A stretch of 64,000 nt of DNA from Heteronotia binoei (Eukaryota): NCBI RefSeq assembly GCF_032191835.1, contig NC_083233.1:23064001-23128000 (forward strand), in the 5' to 3' direction. Position 1 is the first letter of the stretch. Every line of letters starts with the position of its first letter. The position numbers and the translations under genes were made by a program. Below the pieces are notes generated by a model that worked only from the letters and a program-made list of their open reading frames with translations, had not been told where the DNA came from and ran no database searches. This document shows, piece by piece, positions 47,488 through 60,382 of the stretch.

Positions 47488-47755
47488 ACCCAGTTTGGTG
47501 TAGTGGTTAAGTGTGCGGAGTCTTATCTGGGAGAACTGGGTTCAATTCCCCGCTCCTCCACTTGCACCTGCTGGAATGGCCTTGGGTCAGCCATAGCTCT
47601 GTCAGAGGTTGTCCTTGAAAGGGCAGCTGCAGTGAGAGTCCTTTCAGCCCCACGCACCTCACAGGGTATCTGTTGTGGGGGAGGGAGATAAAGGAGATTG
47701 TGAGCTGCTCTGAGATTCGGAGTGGAGGGCGGGATATAAATCCAATATCTTCTTC
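47488..47755 (+). mobile_element. tRNA-derived SINE copy
   Basis: 3773 family head and tail. Confidence 0.85.
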
Positions 47756-48093
47756 TACCCAAAGAAATGGCAGGGGTTTCTACATGCTTGGGGCATTTCT
47801 CAGAAAAATGCAATTTTGCAAATAGGCCAAAATGAAGGGTGGGGGGAGGGGAGAACCAGCTTGACAAAGATTGAATGTGCTGTAGGAAGTATGGCATGTT
47901 GAGAGAACACAATAGAGGGAGATGGGGGAAATTGGAGTGCTCGATAGCTTATAGATTCCTAGCAGGGAAGGTTTGGGGGAGCGGGTGGGAGACTTACAAA
48001 TTGGGTCCCCCTCTCACAGTTCCTTGTGTGCTCCCCCCTCATGACCCCATTGAAGCCTTGTGCTGAGAAGTAATCTGAAAGTTTGGTTGAGGC

Positions 48094-48513
48094 CAGTGCT
48101 CCCTATAAGCTGTGGAGTCTCGTGAGCAAAATTCTACTTTGTGAGTTACTGGCGTTAAAGTTGTGGGCTACTGCATAAATTAGTTTGCTCTGGGGCAATG
48201 TTCCCTCTAAGCTGCGGAGTCTTGTGAGCAAAAATTCTACTTTGTGAGCTACTGGCATTAAAGTTGTGGGCTACTGACATTAAAGTTGTGAGCTACTGCA
48301 TAAATTAGTTTGCTCTGGGGCAATGTTCCCTCTAAGCTGCAGTCTTGTGAGCAAAAATTCTGCTTTGTGAGCTACTGGCATTAAAGTTGTGAGCTGCTGC
48401 ATAAATTATTGTGTTTCTGGGGCCATTTTTCCTGAGCTAAGACAAAAATGTGTGAGCCAGAGGCTAAAAAACTGTGAGCTAGCTCTCATAAGCTCAGCTT
48501 AGAGGGAACACTG
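48094..48513. mobile_element. hAT-type MITE (TIR CAGTGTTCCCTCTAAG) with triplicated 5' half
   Basis: Left TIR recurs at 48094, 48196 and 48321; single right TIR cttagagggaacactg; approximate TSD gttgaggc/gtcaaggc; normal copies near 2356, 15040, 37898, 38927 and 60980. Confidence 0.8.
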
Positions 48514-50991
48514 GTCAAGGCAGATCATTTGTGAAATAGCAAGAAAGGTTCTTCCTACAGTCTACAGCTGCAACCTCTGCTGCAGGTCTGATGGGCGGGG
48601 CCAGGCGTGCTGTTGGCTCCCCAGCTGAGCCAGAGACACCATGGCAAGCTGTGGTGAGTCAGTCACTTCCTGTCTGGTGCAAACAGTTCCCAGGAGCTCT
48701 TCTGTTGGAAGTGCAGATTGGAGGATGCCTGCCTGGTACATCTGATTCAGACAAGAGAGCAATTTGGCAACGAGCACTGGGCAGGCTGGCGAGGACTGCA
48801 GGGGTGTTAAGTAAACAAGCAGCAGCCAACAGCTGTTTGCCAACCTTGTAGAATCTGGGGGAGCAGCAAAGCCAGGCCTGTTTTTCAGGGTCTGCTTAAA
48901 AACCACCTGTCATGTGGGCTCAATTCCTGGGGGAAAGCAAACCTGTTGCTATATCTAATTGTAAATTGGCTGGCTCCTGTGAGAATGATGAAAGCCAAAA
49001 AACCCCCAAACAAACCCTGGCCACCCACAGGCAAGGAAGAGGTCTCTGCCCACTGGGTGAGAACACTCTGGGCATACTCAAAAATATGACTAAGGGGGGA
49101 AATCCTGAGGTCAGAAAAGATTCCAAGAGGAACAGAATGTTGAGAGCAGTTGAATGTCACTTCAAGGGGGAAAAGGGGGCAAAAGAAATTGCCATGCATA
49201 AGCCTTGGAAAGTTTAGGTCAGGGGTGTCAAACATGCAGTTTGGGGGCCAAATCAGGCCCCTGGAGGGCTCCTGTCAGGCCCCTATATATTGCTTCTCCC
49301 TATATATTGCTTCCTTCTGCAAAACAGCTTGCTCTGCTAGGCTTGCTCACTTGCACAGGAGCTACAGAGCAAAACCTCTGTTTTCTCCATTGGCTGAGAC
49401 TCCTCTCTAGCGGAGGAAGGGGAGAGGAATAGCTTGCTTTGCCACTCTCTTAATTTCACAGCAAAGCCACTGAGCCAAACCTCTCTTCCTTCTATTGGCT
49501 GAGGCTCCCCCCCCCAAGTTCCCTGGGGAAGGAGGGAAAGAGTCAGAGCCTTCCTTTGCCCATTTCCCTGGATCCCATGGGAGAAATACAAAGAAAGCAT
49601 CTTTAAGACCAATGAGTGCTAACATTTTAAGCATGTTTTAAGTTTTTAAAAAATATATTTGTGTTTGTCTGTGTACATTATAAAGTTTATATCTCTCTTG
49701 CCTAATCTTAAATAGGTACACACATAGCCCAACCCGACATGGCCTGGCCCAACAAGGTCTCATTTATGTCAGATCTGGCCCTCATAACAAATGTGTTCCA
49801 CCCTGATTTAGGTAATCTGGGAGGGGGCTGGACTTCAAAATGGTTCTCTCCCCTCCTCCCCCCCCCCCCCCAATTTTTGCAACTCTTCCTGGGCCTCCAG
49901 CTTTGTATTCATTGTCACAAAAGCTGGATTCGCTGCAGGTGGGCTAGAATTACCATTATGGAAAAATTCTTGGTATTTGAAATATCAGACAGGGACAGGG
50001 TTGTGGCTTTGTCCCTTTCTTTCCTTGCCCTCTTGTCTTGCAGATGTCTGCAACCCCCCCCCCCCCTTCATTTGCCGCACCATCTGACCTGGTCACAATT
50101 AATTGCTGATTAACAGGAGCCGGGGAGAGTCTTTTGTTGTGGCAATAGAGGGCTGAGTGAAAAGGCCAGCGGTTCCAGATGATTCATTTGTTTGTGCTTA
50201 GTGCAAGCCAAAATTGGGTCTAGAATAATTCCCAGGCCAGGCCAGGCTCTCTTTATGTGTCTGCTAGGAAAGCAGTTACCGACTCTCTCCGGCTACTAAC
50301 TTTCTTTTCTGTTGACGCTTAATTCAAGGTCATGCCAGTAATTATCCAAAGGGCTCTGCACATCCTAGTCTTCAAAGAAACATCCAAAATTGGCACAAAA
50401 ATCCGGGATTGGAACAAATGAAGCCTGAAAAGCAGATTTGCAGATTAAGCGAATCTGCATAATTATAGGTTGGATCCAGCCGGCTTTTCTCCTGGAGGGA
50501 AAAAAAGGGAGAGGTTTCCTTTGACCACCAAAAAGAGGCTATGCTGGGGAATGTGGGATTTGCACGTACAAAAGCTGTGCAGGAGAGGAGCTGCAATATG
50601 GAGAAGAACTGGCAGCAAGTCAGTGAAAAAGCTTGGATCCAACCCTGTGTATTTTTTTTCATCACTGGAGGAGGAAGAAGAGTTGGTTTTTATTCTCCCA
50701 CTTTTCTCTACCTTAAGGAATCTCAAAGCAGCTTACAATTGCCTTCCCTTCCTCTCCTCACAAAAGGCATCTTGTGGGGTAGGTGGGGCTGAGAGAACTC
50801 TAAAAGAACTGTGACTGACACAAGGTCACCCAGCAGGCCTCGTGTGGAGGAGTGAGGAATCAAGCCTCGTTCTGCAGATTAGAGTCCTAGATCCAGAAAA
50901 GTTAACCGTGTTAGACTGTTGCTTCATCAGAAGAGAGCTGTGTTTCTCGAAAGCTTATGCTACAGTAAAATTTGTTAGCCTTAAAGGTGCT

Positions 50992-51285
50992 AAAAGGTAA
51001 AGGCAGTCCCCTGTGCAAGCACCAGTCGTTTCCGACTCTGGGGTGACGTTGGTTTCACAACGTTTTCATGGCAGACTTTTTACGGTTTGCCATGGCCTTC
51101 CCCAGTCATCTACACTTTCTCCCCCAGCAAGCTGGGTACTCATTTTACTGACCTCGGAAGGATGGAAGGCTGAGTCAACCTCGAGCCGGCTACCTGAACC
51201 AGCTGCTGCTGGGATCGAACTCAGGTCATGAGCAGAGGGCTCCAACTGCAGTGCTGCAGCTTTACCGCTCTGCACCACGGGGCTC
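50992..51285 (+). mobile_element. Sauria SINE, near full length
   Basis: aaaggtaaaggcagtcccctgtgcaagcacc...ctctgcaccacggggctct. Confidence 0.85.
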
Positions 51286-51892
51286 TTTAAAGGTGCTACT
51301 GGGCTCTTTACTAGATAAGAGTTCTCCACTCGTAACCACTACACCACGCTGTTGAACCCCCGTCATTCAGCAGAAATGAATAATCTCTGTCTCCAAGTGG
51401 AAATCTATAAGGATTGGCTTTGGAGGTTCACCCCCCCCCCCATTAAATTCACAGGGCTTTGGTTCTTTGCTCTCTTTCTCAGCTTGGGATATATAAGATA
51501 TGACTTTTTACTGAGTTATCTGCAGGTCAGTTGTGTAACCTGAACCTTTTGCTTTCTGCATCTGTCTCTTGGATCCTTTTTGGTAAGGTAACTGGTGCTC
51601 ACATGTCCTGGGGAAAGCAGTTCTGGCATCCCCGATCTCTGATTTATTTTCTGTGTTCAAGTTGTGAATTATGTGAGTTGTCACGACGTCACCCCAGAGT
51701 CGGAACTGACTGGTGCTTGCACAGGAGCTACCTTTACCTTTTATAAAGAACACTGGGTGACATTCTGCATTCACCTGTCTCAAGTTATGTTGTCCTGTAA
51801 AAAGCAGCAGGATAGCTGTCTCTGGTGGATGCAAGGTGAGAGACGGTGGCTGTGAAGCTTCTCAACTTAATCTTGACTGCAGGCAAGAGGCT

Positions 51893-52097
51893 TGAACATA
51901 TGAAGCTGCCTTATACTGAATCAGACCCTTGGTCCATCAAAGTCAGTATTGTCTTCTCAGACTGACAGTGGCTCTCCAGGGTCCCAAGCTGAGGTTTTTC
52001 ACACCTATTTGCCTGGACCCTTTTTTGGAGATGCCAGGGATTGAACCTGGGGCCTTCTGCTTCCCAAGCAGATGCTCTACCACTGAGCCACCGTCCC
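51893..52097 (-). mobile_element. Squam3-like SINE
   Basis: Reverse complement of the 28331 copy. Confidence 0.8.
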
Positions 52098-54282
52098 AAG
52101 CTTTGTTTTGTGAGACACATTTACCCGCAGTTTTCCTTATCCAAGCAGAACTGGCAACAACAAAGGACCTTGGCTGCTGTTGGTTTTTCCCAGGAAACAA
52201 ATAAATTGCCCTGTGATTGTCATTATGCTTGGGTATCTCACGTTAAGATCATTTCAGGCCATGCCTTGGGGTGGCATTTCAGACTCCCTTCATTGGAGAA
52301 CGGAGGCGCATACTGATTCCCTGTTGGCTTTATTGCTGGGGGTGCTTGGCCATCTGGCTGCACCAGCAGCACCTGAAACAACCTATCAACCAAAAGCAGC
52401 AGGGACCGCAGAAGTGGGAGGTGGGGGAGAAAGCACAATATTCACCAGTGCCCTATTCAGCCATTCTAGTCATTCCTTCCTCCTTGTTAAGGAACGTATA
52501 GACCAGGGGTGGCCAAACTTGCTTATTGTAAGAGCCACATAGAATAAACGTCAGATGTTTGAGAGCTGCAAGATGTGAGTATCAGATGCTTGAGGGCCGG
52601 GAGGGAGGGAGGGAAGGGAGGAAAATAGATGGGGAGGGAGAGAGAGAGGTGGAGAGAAAGCAATTTGAAATGCATTCTCCAAGCCACCGGCTGGCTTGGC
52701 TTGGCAAAGTGATTTAAAGAGACAAATGCCTTCTCCAAGCCTGTCAAGGGGGCTTCAAGAGCCACCCAATATGTGTGGAAGAGCCCCATGTGGCTCCCAA
52801 GCCACAGTTTGGCCACCCCCGATAAAGACTAATCAGAACTAAGCTGGGAAAGAAATTGTAAATCAAGGATACATTTGGATGCAAGTCAGGCTCCCCATGA
52901 GTAAACTGTCCAACTACAAGAAAGTTCTCCCGAGTTAGAAATTACCAGCACTGCCTCTGTTGTCAGCTGGAGGACAGAAACTCAGATGTGCTTTTTTAAT
53001 CCACTAGTCAGGCTTGAAATTATTCCCATTTCTTGGTTCTGCAAGACATCCCTTCAACAGTTCCTGCCTCATTAGTTTGCCGCAGACAGGATGTCTTGGC
53101 GAAAATGTCTGCATCTATGAATGGCCTGTTTTGATCAGGATACTGTAGGGATTCTTGGTTGATGTGAACATAATGTTTTATTGCACTGGATGGTTCCATG
53201 TTACAGTCTTTCCCCACTACTGAAGGATCTCTATTATCACATTCATCTGCAAGCAGATTCTGCGTGGCACTTCTAAATCCTCCAAGATCTGTCTCCTCAG
53301 GCAAGATCCTGCTGTGTCTAATCAGCAATGAGTCCTCTTCAGCAAAAAAAAAATCCCACCTCTACCATTAATTTCCCTTTTCTTTTCAGATTAATTAACC
53401 ACTCTCTGCTCTGTAGGGTTCCACGAGTTCTTTGAAGGTGTTCTTGAATCAGTGAATTGATCAGTTCATTCTGGATTAATAGTTAATAATCCATTTTTGG
53501 GTGGGAATTAAAGTGGAGGGAATTAAGGCCTGCCGTTCACTTTGTAGTCCATCAAAGCCACTCTTTTTTTGGTAATAGCATGAGAATGAAATAATGAGAA
53601 GAAACATTACAATGAGCAGTAACTTTGGCTATCTACAAGTGGAAAAGCATTCAACATCCCCCTCCAGTTTGTGCATAGCAGGAGAGGGCTAGCATGTGCA
53701 TAAACACATGTGGCGAAACAAGGAGTGAATAAGTAAACTGCAAGGAGAAAGGGGTGGGATTAAAAAATTGCACAAAGTCTAAAAAGAGCTTTGATGGTCC
53801 ACGTGGGATTGCTTGGAACCCCAGTTGCATTTTAATATATTTTTAATTGCTGTAAGTTTGATCTGAAAAAAGATAGAAAAACATCATACTTGAATGCCAT
53901 GTGCCAACAATGTGGTCACAGTTTCCCATTAAAACATATTAATGGCAATTTCAGAATAGATGGCAAGTGTGGAACCACCCGCACTCTGTCACTGTATTAT
54001 ATGTGGACGCCCAGACATATATTGTTGCAGTTCTTTAGGCTCCTCTGAGATTCACATTACATCTCTGAAAACCAGAGTCTCTGTTTTTCTTACAGTCCTC
54101 TTGCATTGCTGTGGATTGGCAGAAACCTCCAAAATGGATGCTTAGACTTTTGCTGTGCCTTAGTAACAGGCATTAAAACTATGTAAAAAATCCCCAAGGT
54201 TCTGAGTAGGGTCTGAAAGACCCTTTTTGCTGTTGCCAACTCTTTGAAACTCTTTCTTCATCTGTTTCCTTTTCTTTTCCAG

Positions 54283-54423
54283 ACTGGCAAGTAGCTACTT
54301 TGGTGTTAATCCTGACTTCAGCCACCATCACTCTGCTGTCCTTTCTCATGTCCCTGATTTCCTTCTGCCTGGGTACCTACAAGAGCTATTATCGAGTTGC
54401 TGCCATGCTCCTCTTCGCAGCAG
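54283..54423 (+). CDS. TMEM47-like exon 2
   Basis: ttttccag|(D)WQVATLVLILTSATITLLSFLMSLISFCLGTYKSYYRVAAMLLFAA+G|gtacgt; 141 nt, phase 1-1; not in the ORF track. Confidence 0.93.
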
Positions 54424-54896
54424 GTACGTAAAGCATTCCCCACCCCACCCTGCACGCTTGTCTAAATGGCATTAGATGGCTTGGATCCCACGGCAAATCT
54501 CTGCTGGAAGAAGGGATCCCCTTGCTTCCCTACTCCTGCTGAAGCCCCAAATAATTGCCAAAATCCTTCCCCTGGATCCTTCAGTCTGCTGAAATTTTCT
54601 ACATGATCCAATCCATCAGCTATTTGTGGAGAGAAAAATCTCCAGTGACTGTGTTTTACAGTTCATTGAAAGAAGGATGGCTACGGCAGATACTGGTGCT
54701 TTTAGCTGGCTGTACTTAAGACACACCATTTTTTTTTTTGTTTCTCTGTCCAAAGCCAAATTTGCAATGTACTCTACCTTAATGGAAGCAAGAAGATGAG
54801 TGGGCAGAGACTCACCATTCTTGGTTTCCTTAATGGTGGCAGATGAGGCCACATGTGGAGTTCACATGGAGAGTGCATTGTATTGATTCTCCTTGA

Positions 54897-55112
<216 letters not shown>

Positions 55113-56206
55113 GGCCGGCAAAGGGAGCTGCATTTGGATTATTAGAGCGACGGGATCGGATGGCTGGAGAGATGAAGGGACCACTGGATTCACTGGGAGG
55201 GCACAGGTATAACATGCTCGGTCCTTTTGCCTGAGCACCTCAGCTTGGGACAACGCCAGCTAAACTTTTGAACAAGGAACTCACGAAGGTCTCCAGGTCC
55301 GGCCGCTCCTCAAGTAGTCAAGAGGAGCTGTTGGCGAGTGAGCTCTGCTTCTCCCCAGGAACGTTAGCTTGTGATCTTTCTCCTGTTTCTTTGATTTCCG
55401 ATGCAGGAATACATTTGTATTTATTTTTGAAAGAGCGCAACTCTCGTGTGGGTTAGGAGGATTCCACTTTGCCTTTACTTTGAGGAGTCTGGCCTAAGGG
55501 GGGGGGTTGGTGGGAAGGCAGTCCATTTTTTAAAAAAAAAGTGTACAGAGACTGTAATAATGCTGGTGGATTTCAATCACTGCCTTGCACAGCATGCGTG
55601 TGTGAATGGATGCAGGGAAGAATAAATCAGCCGATCTAAATGCATTCCCCGAAGTCGTGTGCTTTTTTTTTTTTTTTTTGAGGGGGAGTGCATGTGTGTG
55701 AGCTTTGGGCGGCCCGCCATCGTAAGAGAAGGCAGCTCCTGCTGGGACAGGATTGAAAAGGTTAGGATACGGTAGGGGGAGGGGAGCTATCAATCCGCAG
55801 GAACAGTGAATACACAGAAGCTGTGAAGTGGCCCTTGTCAGCATGTCGGTGGGGGACGAATGAACTCAAGCTGGGTCTAGGTTTCAGCAAAATGGAGTTG
55901 TTGTAATCATGCTGAGGTGGTAGAAGGGACTGGATCACAATTTTGAATGCTGCCCTGTGTTTAAAAAGGAAAGACATCCCCATGCACAGAAAACCAACAC
56001 AGCAGGCAAAGGGTTGGGGCCGATTTTTGTTCCCTCTCTGATGTACAAAGGTTTTTTTTGCGGGGGGGTGGTGGTGGTAGAGTCTGCTTGCAGGTTGCTT
56101 TTGTTTACTTGGGGGGTATTACAAGGGATCTTGTCTTCAACGTACAGTCTGAAGCAGTATAGCTGCTCCTTCCGTCTCATTCCCATCACATCCCATTGCA
56201 TGTTGT

Positions 56207-56383
56207 CAGGGGTGGAATTTTAGCAGGAGCTCCTTTGCATATTAGGCCACACCCCCTGGTGTAGCCAATCCTCCAAGAGCTTACAAGATTCTTTTTTTGT
56301 AAGCTCTTGGGGGGGGGGGGATTGGCTACATCAGGGGGTGTGGCCTAATTTGCAAAGGAGCTCCTGCTAGAATTCCACCCCCA
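56207..56383. mobile_element. Fully palindromic MITE downstream of the TMEM47-like stop
   Basis: caggggtggaattt...aattccacccc(ca) with exact TSD CATGTTGT. Confidence 0.85.
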
Positions 56384-56904
56384 CATGTTGTAGACCCAGA
56401 GAAATGCTTGTGTAATGAGTGTAAGTGGTGTATTGATAAGGGCCCGTTGCTCTGGGGAGGGGTGGCTGAAATAAGATAAGAGAAGAACCTGATGCTTACT
56501 CGTTTTTTAAAAAAGAGGGAGAAGTCTGTCAAAATAGGCAGGCAAAAGTAGAGAGAATCATCCAGCAGCTGCTGAGAGAAGACTTCTTACAGTCACACTG
56601 AACCCTTGAAAATACTTATTTAGAATGGCCTAAGTCCTAGGGACTGCTTGTGCTGGAGGAAGATGCCATTGTTAGCAGAACAGGTCCACAGAACCTGGCC
56701 CACATTTATCTTCAAAATTTCATCCAAAATTCTCAAAACACTTTGCATGGTCAAATTGGACTAAAGGTCTTAATTCTAAAGTTACAGCAGACCCAGTAGC
56801 ATCTTAAAAACAAACACCATTTGTTCCAGCGAAAGCTTTCAAGAGTCAGAGCTCACATCAAAAACTTATAAAATTAATCCCCCCCCCCCCCACACACACC
56901 TATG

Positions 56905-57172
56905 GAGAGCCAGTTTGGTGTAGTGGTTGCGTGCGGACTCTTATATGGGAGAACCGGGTTTGATTCCCCACTCCTCCACTTGCACCTGCTGGAATGGTCT
57001 TAGGTCAGCCATGGCTATCGCAGGTGTTGTCCTTGAAAGGGCAGTTGCTATGAGAGCCCTCTCAGCCTGACCCACCTCACAAAATGTCTGTTATGGGGGG
57101 GAGAAGATTGTAAGCTGCTTTGAGTCTCTGATTCAGAAAGAAGGAAGGGGTATAAATCTGCAGTCTTCTTCT
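56905..57172 (+). mobile_element. tRNA-derived SINE copy
   Basis: 3773 family head and tail. Confidence 0.8.
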
Positions 57173-57590
57173 ATGTAACGCTTGAAGAAATCTGTTTCAG
57201 TGTATCTGAGGAAGTGTGCATTTACAGGTACTAAGTCTCTCAGTTCTCACACCAAGAATTGGACTGCATTGGTCTTGGAGGTGCCACTGGATTCAGACTC
57301 AGTTCTCACATCTGTTTGTTAACTCTTGCATTTGTATGCTAATTTGCTGCTCTTCACAGGTCCACCAGCTGCTTCAATCCAGTCTCAGCTGTATTTCCCA
57401 CCCCATTGCTTATGCATCTTGACTCCAGCTAGTCCTTCCTGGCAACCAACCCCCCGGCCCTCTCTCTGCCTGTATGTAAGGCTTGAGGAAAACTCTTTCG
57501 ATGTATCTGATGAAGTGTGCATGCACACAAGAGCTTATACTCAGAAATTAAACTTCGTTGGTCTTAATGGTGCCACTAGACTTTGTTCTT
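57172..57590 (+). mobile_element. Tandem Penelope-like pseudo-LTR remnants
   Basis: About 50-bp direct repeat (57172 and 57474) ending gtatctga(g/t)gaagtgtgcat; ttggtctt...ggtgccact motif twice. Confidence 0.55.
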
Positions 57591-57887
57591 TTTGCTTCGG
57601 ACCAACACCTGGAATACATTTGGCTAGTTTTTAAGATGTTACTAGAGGCTCCTGTATAACATCTGAGCTGCATTTGAACTGCCCCTCTGGGATGAATTCC
57701 AAGGCTGATAGTAGTTTGTCTTGCCTTCATTGAGACATGCGGGCCTTGCCTGGCAGATGGTTAGCAGCAGGGAACTGCTGAATGACCCCTTCCCTATTCT
57801 GCTGATTTCAGATCTGCAACTCCTAAAGGCGTAACTCTGCAAGCTTGAGATACCCTTTTAAGGCCAGGAAAGTGCATGGCTTTAGTG

Positions 57888-58971
57888 CAGTGGTTCCCAA
57901 CCTTTTTGGTACCAGGGACCGGTTTCCTAGAAAACAATTTTTTGCTGTCCACCCTGCCCCCCTGAGGATGTGCAAATGAAGGGGGAGCCAGGGGCTGCTT
58001 CTGCTGCCTCTCCACTAGGTGGTGAGGGGCAGAAGCAGCCGATCTGCCTCCCCCTCCCATTTAACGACCCCTACAGATGAGGCAGGGGTCTTTAAATGAG
58101 AGGTAGGGGAAGGTCGTTGCCACGCTGCCCCTCCCGCCAGCCCTGGATTGGGTGGCTGAAAGAGGCGGTGTGGTCTCGCTCTGAGGCTGGCTCCTCTGCA
58201 AGGGAAGGCAGCTTCGGAGGGAGGCTGCGCTGCCTCTTTAACCCGCCAAGGTCCCGGGCAGGCGAAAGGAATACTCCTGGCCGGTGTGTGGAAGTAGGCC
58301 AAGTAGGTGGTCGCCTAGGGCGCCACCTGGCTTAGGGGGTGCCACTAGGCACCCCCTCTCCCCACGTGCGCATGTGTGCTTCTTGGAGCTCGTCTTCCCC
58401 AATGGAAAACAGGATCCATGAAGCAGAGACACTGCCCTGCCGGTTTCGCGTTCCCCGAGTCTGTTAACAGACCCAGGAAATGCGAAAGTGGACAGTGTCT
58501 GCGGAGTGCACTCCTCAGAGCCCAGCAGGGATAAATTAACCAATTGTAAAAGTTGATGAAGAGCCGATTACAGTTTCTAAAGACTGGCTCCTGTTGAAGT
58601 TGTGTGCTGCCCCTCATCCTTCCTACTCTACTTTAACAGAACCATGGGGTGGGAGCCATAGTGCAGTGGTAGAGCCTCTTTCTCGCATGCGCAAGGTCTT
58701 ATCACTGGCACCTCCAGCTAAAAGGATCAAGTAGTAGTCTCACAATTTTTATTACTTAATCTCACTTAAAAAAAAATTAAAAATGCAAATAGTTTCAAGT
58801 TTCTTTATTTCTCCTACAGTTGTCTGTTTTTTAGATTTCGGGGAGGGGGGTGCTAGTGGGCAGCTCGCCTAGGGCACTAAAAACCCTAGCAGTAGCCCTG
58901 AACACTGCGGCCCGGTTGCTATCAGGCCAAGGACTAGTACTGGTCCCCGACCCAGTGGTTGGGGACTTCTG
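57888..58971. mobile_element. hAT-type element (TIR CAGTGGTTCCCAACC) with nested inserts
   Basis: cagtggttcccaacc...ggttggggacttctg; TSD ctttagtg/ctttagca (consistent with CpG decay of ctttagcg). Confidence 0.65.
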
Positions 58972-59691
58972 CTTTAGCAGATTATAACTCTCTAGGATTG
59001 CACAGTTTGTTACTCCCATCTCCTCATCTGCTCATGGTTTGTTCTATTTATTTCTCCCAATTAAAAATAAAAACCAGGGTTTTACAGCTTTTATATGCAG
59101 GTGGATTTTTTTTTTTTTAAATAGCAAGTATCTTTTAGGGGACGGGATTTGGGGCTTGTTATTTTTTCTTTGGTTCTAGCTGAGGATGTTTTAACTATTA
59201 TTGTAAGCTGCCTCAAATTAATAGGGGAGGCAGGATATGAACGTTTGAATAAATAAATAAAACGTCTGAAGGATTGCATGGGTTTGATTTGTATGCTAAG
59301 TATTCTGCAAAGAATTCATTGTGTTGCAATGCAACATTGAACCTTTTATCCCCTATCAAGAAAGGACAGCTATAATGGAGTTTGCAGATGGTTAGCACAA
59401 AATAGCCTTTCAAGAAATATTGCGTTAGATTGTGCTATGCAGATTTAATAATTCTCTAGAATTACCACATTTCCCTCCTGTTTTTGTAAAACGTGTTCAC
59501 TTGGCAAGAATGTAAACAACACTTCCTCTCCCCCCTTTACTAAGGCAAATTCTTTAAAGGTCTCGTGTTCTGGTTTTAAAGACAACTTTAGATACTTGAA
59601 AGGTTTTTTCCATGATTATAGCAGAATACATAAAAGCACTTTTAGTCAAAGGCAATGTTTGATGTTCTAGGGTTGCCGAACCCCAGTTGAG

Positions 59692-60382
59692 TAATTAAGC
59701 AACACACAGAAAATTTAGCAAACCACAGAAACTGCAGTGGAGATAAATATAAATGCACACACACACACACACACATATACTCCTTCTCAATATTGTTTTA
59801 CTTTTTTAAACTCTTATATTGATTTCAGTTACACACATTGATAACTACTTTGTGCAGAACAAATTGTGTCAGCCACATACACTCCAAACAAAAATCCCAA
59901 AGGCTCCGTCTTTCATGAAATGCTGCTAACCTGTAATGGATACTTATTATGTAATATTATTTCTATTCTGAATATATTTGCGTCTTGATGAAGACTACAA
60001 AGAAACATGTCACCGCTCCACTCTACTTGAAGAGCTGTTGCCGCCACTTTGAAGTTTCCCCGTATCTCTGAGAGACTTTCTGGGCTCTGAATACTTTTAC
60101 ATCAGTTTGGAAGATGACTTTGTTCTCCTCATGTTGTGAGTCCCCAGGACAAACCCAAGCTTTTCTCGTTAATCTTCTGCAAAAGTTATGAAGGACGGAG
60201 CCTTTGGGATTTTTGTTTGGAGTGCATGTGGCTGATACAATTTGTTCTCCACAATGTGGCTACCAATGTGTATAACTGAAATCAATATAATAAGAGTTAA
60301 ACAGTATTGAGAAGAAGTAAAATGTGAGTGTGTATATGTATTTGAAATTGATATACGCAGTATTTTTGTGTGTTGCCTTAAT
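59692..60382. mobile_element. Inverted-arm insertion with 11-bp flanking direct repeat, inside a TAGGGTTGCC element (59668-60846)
   Basis: Arms about 59692-59916 and 60187-60382 are reverse complements; CCCCAGTTGAG at 59681-59691 and 60383-60393. Confidence 0.75.
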
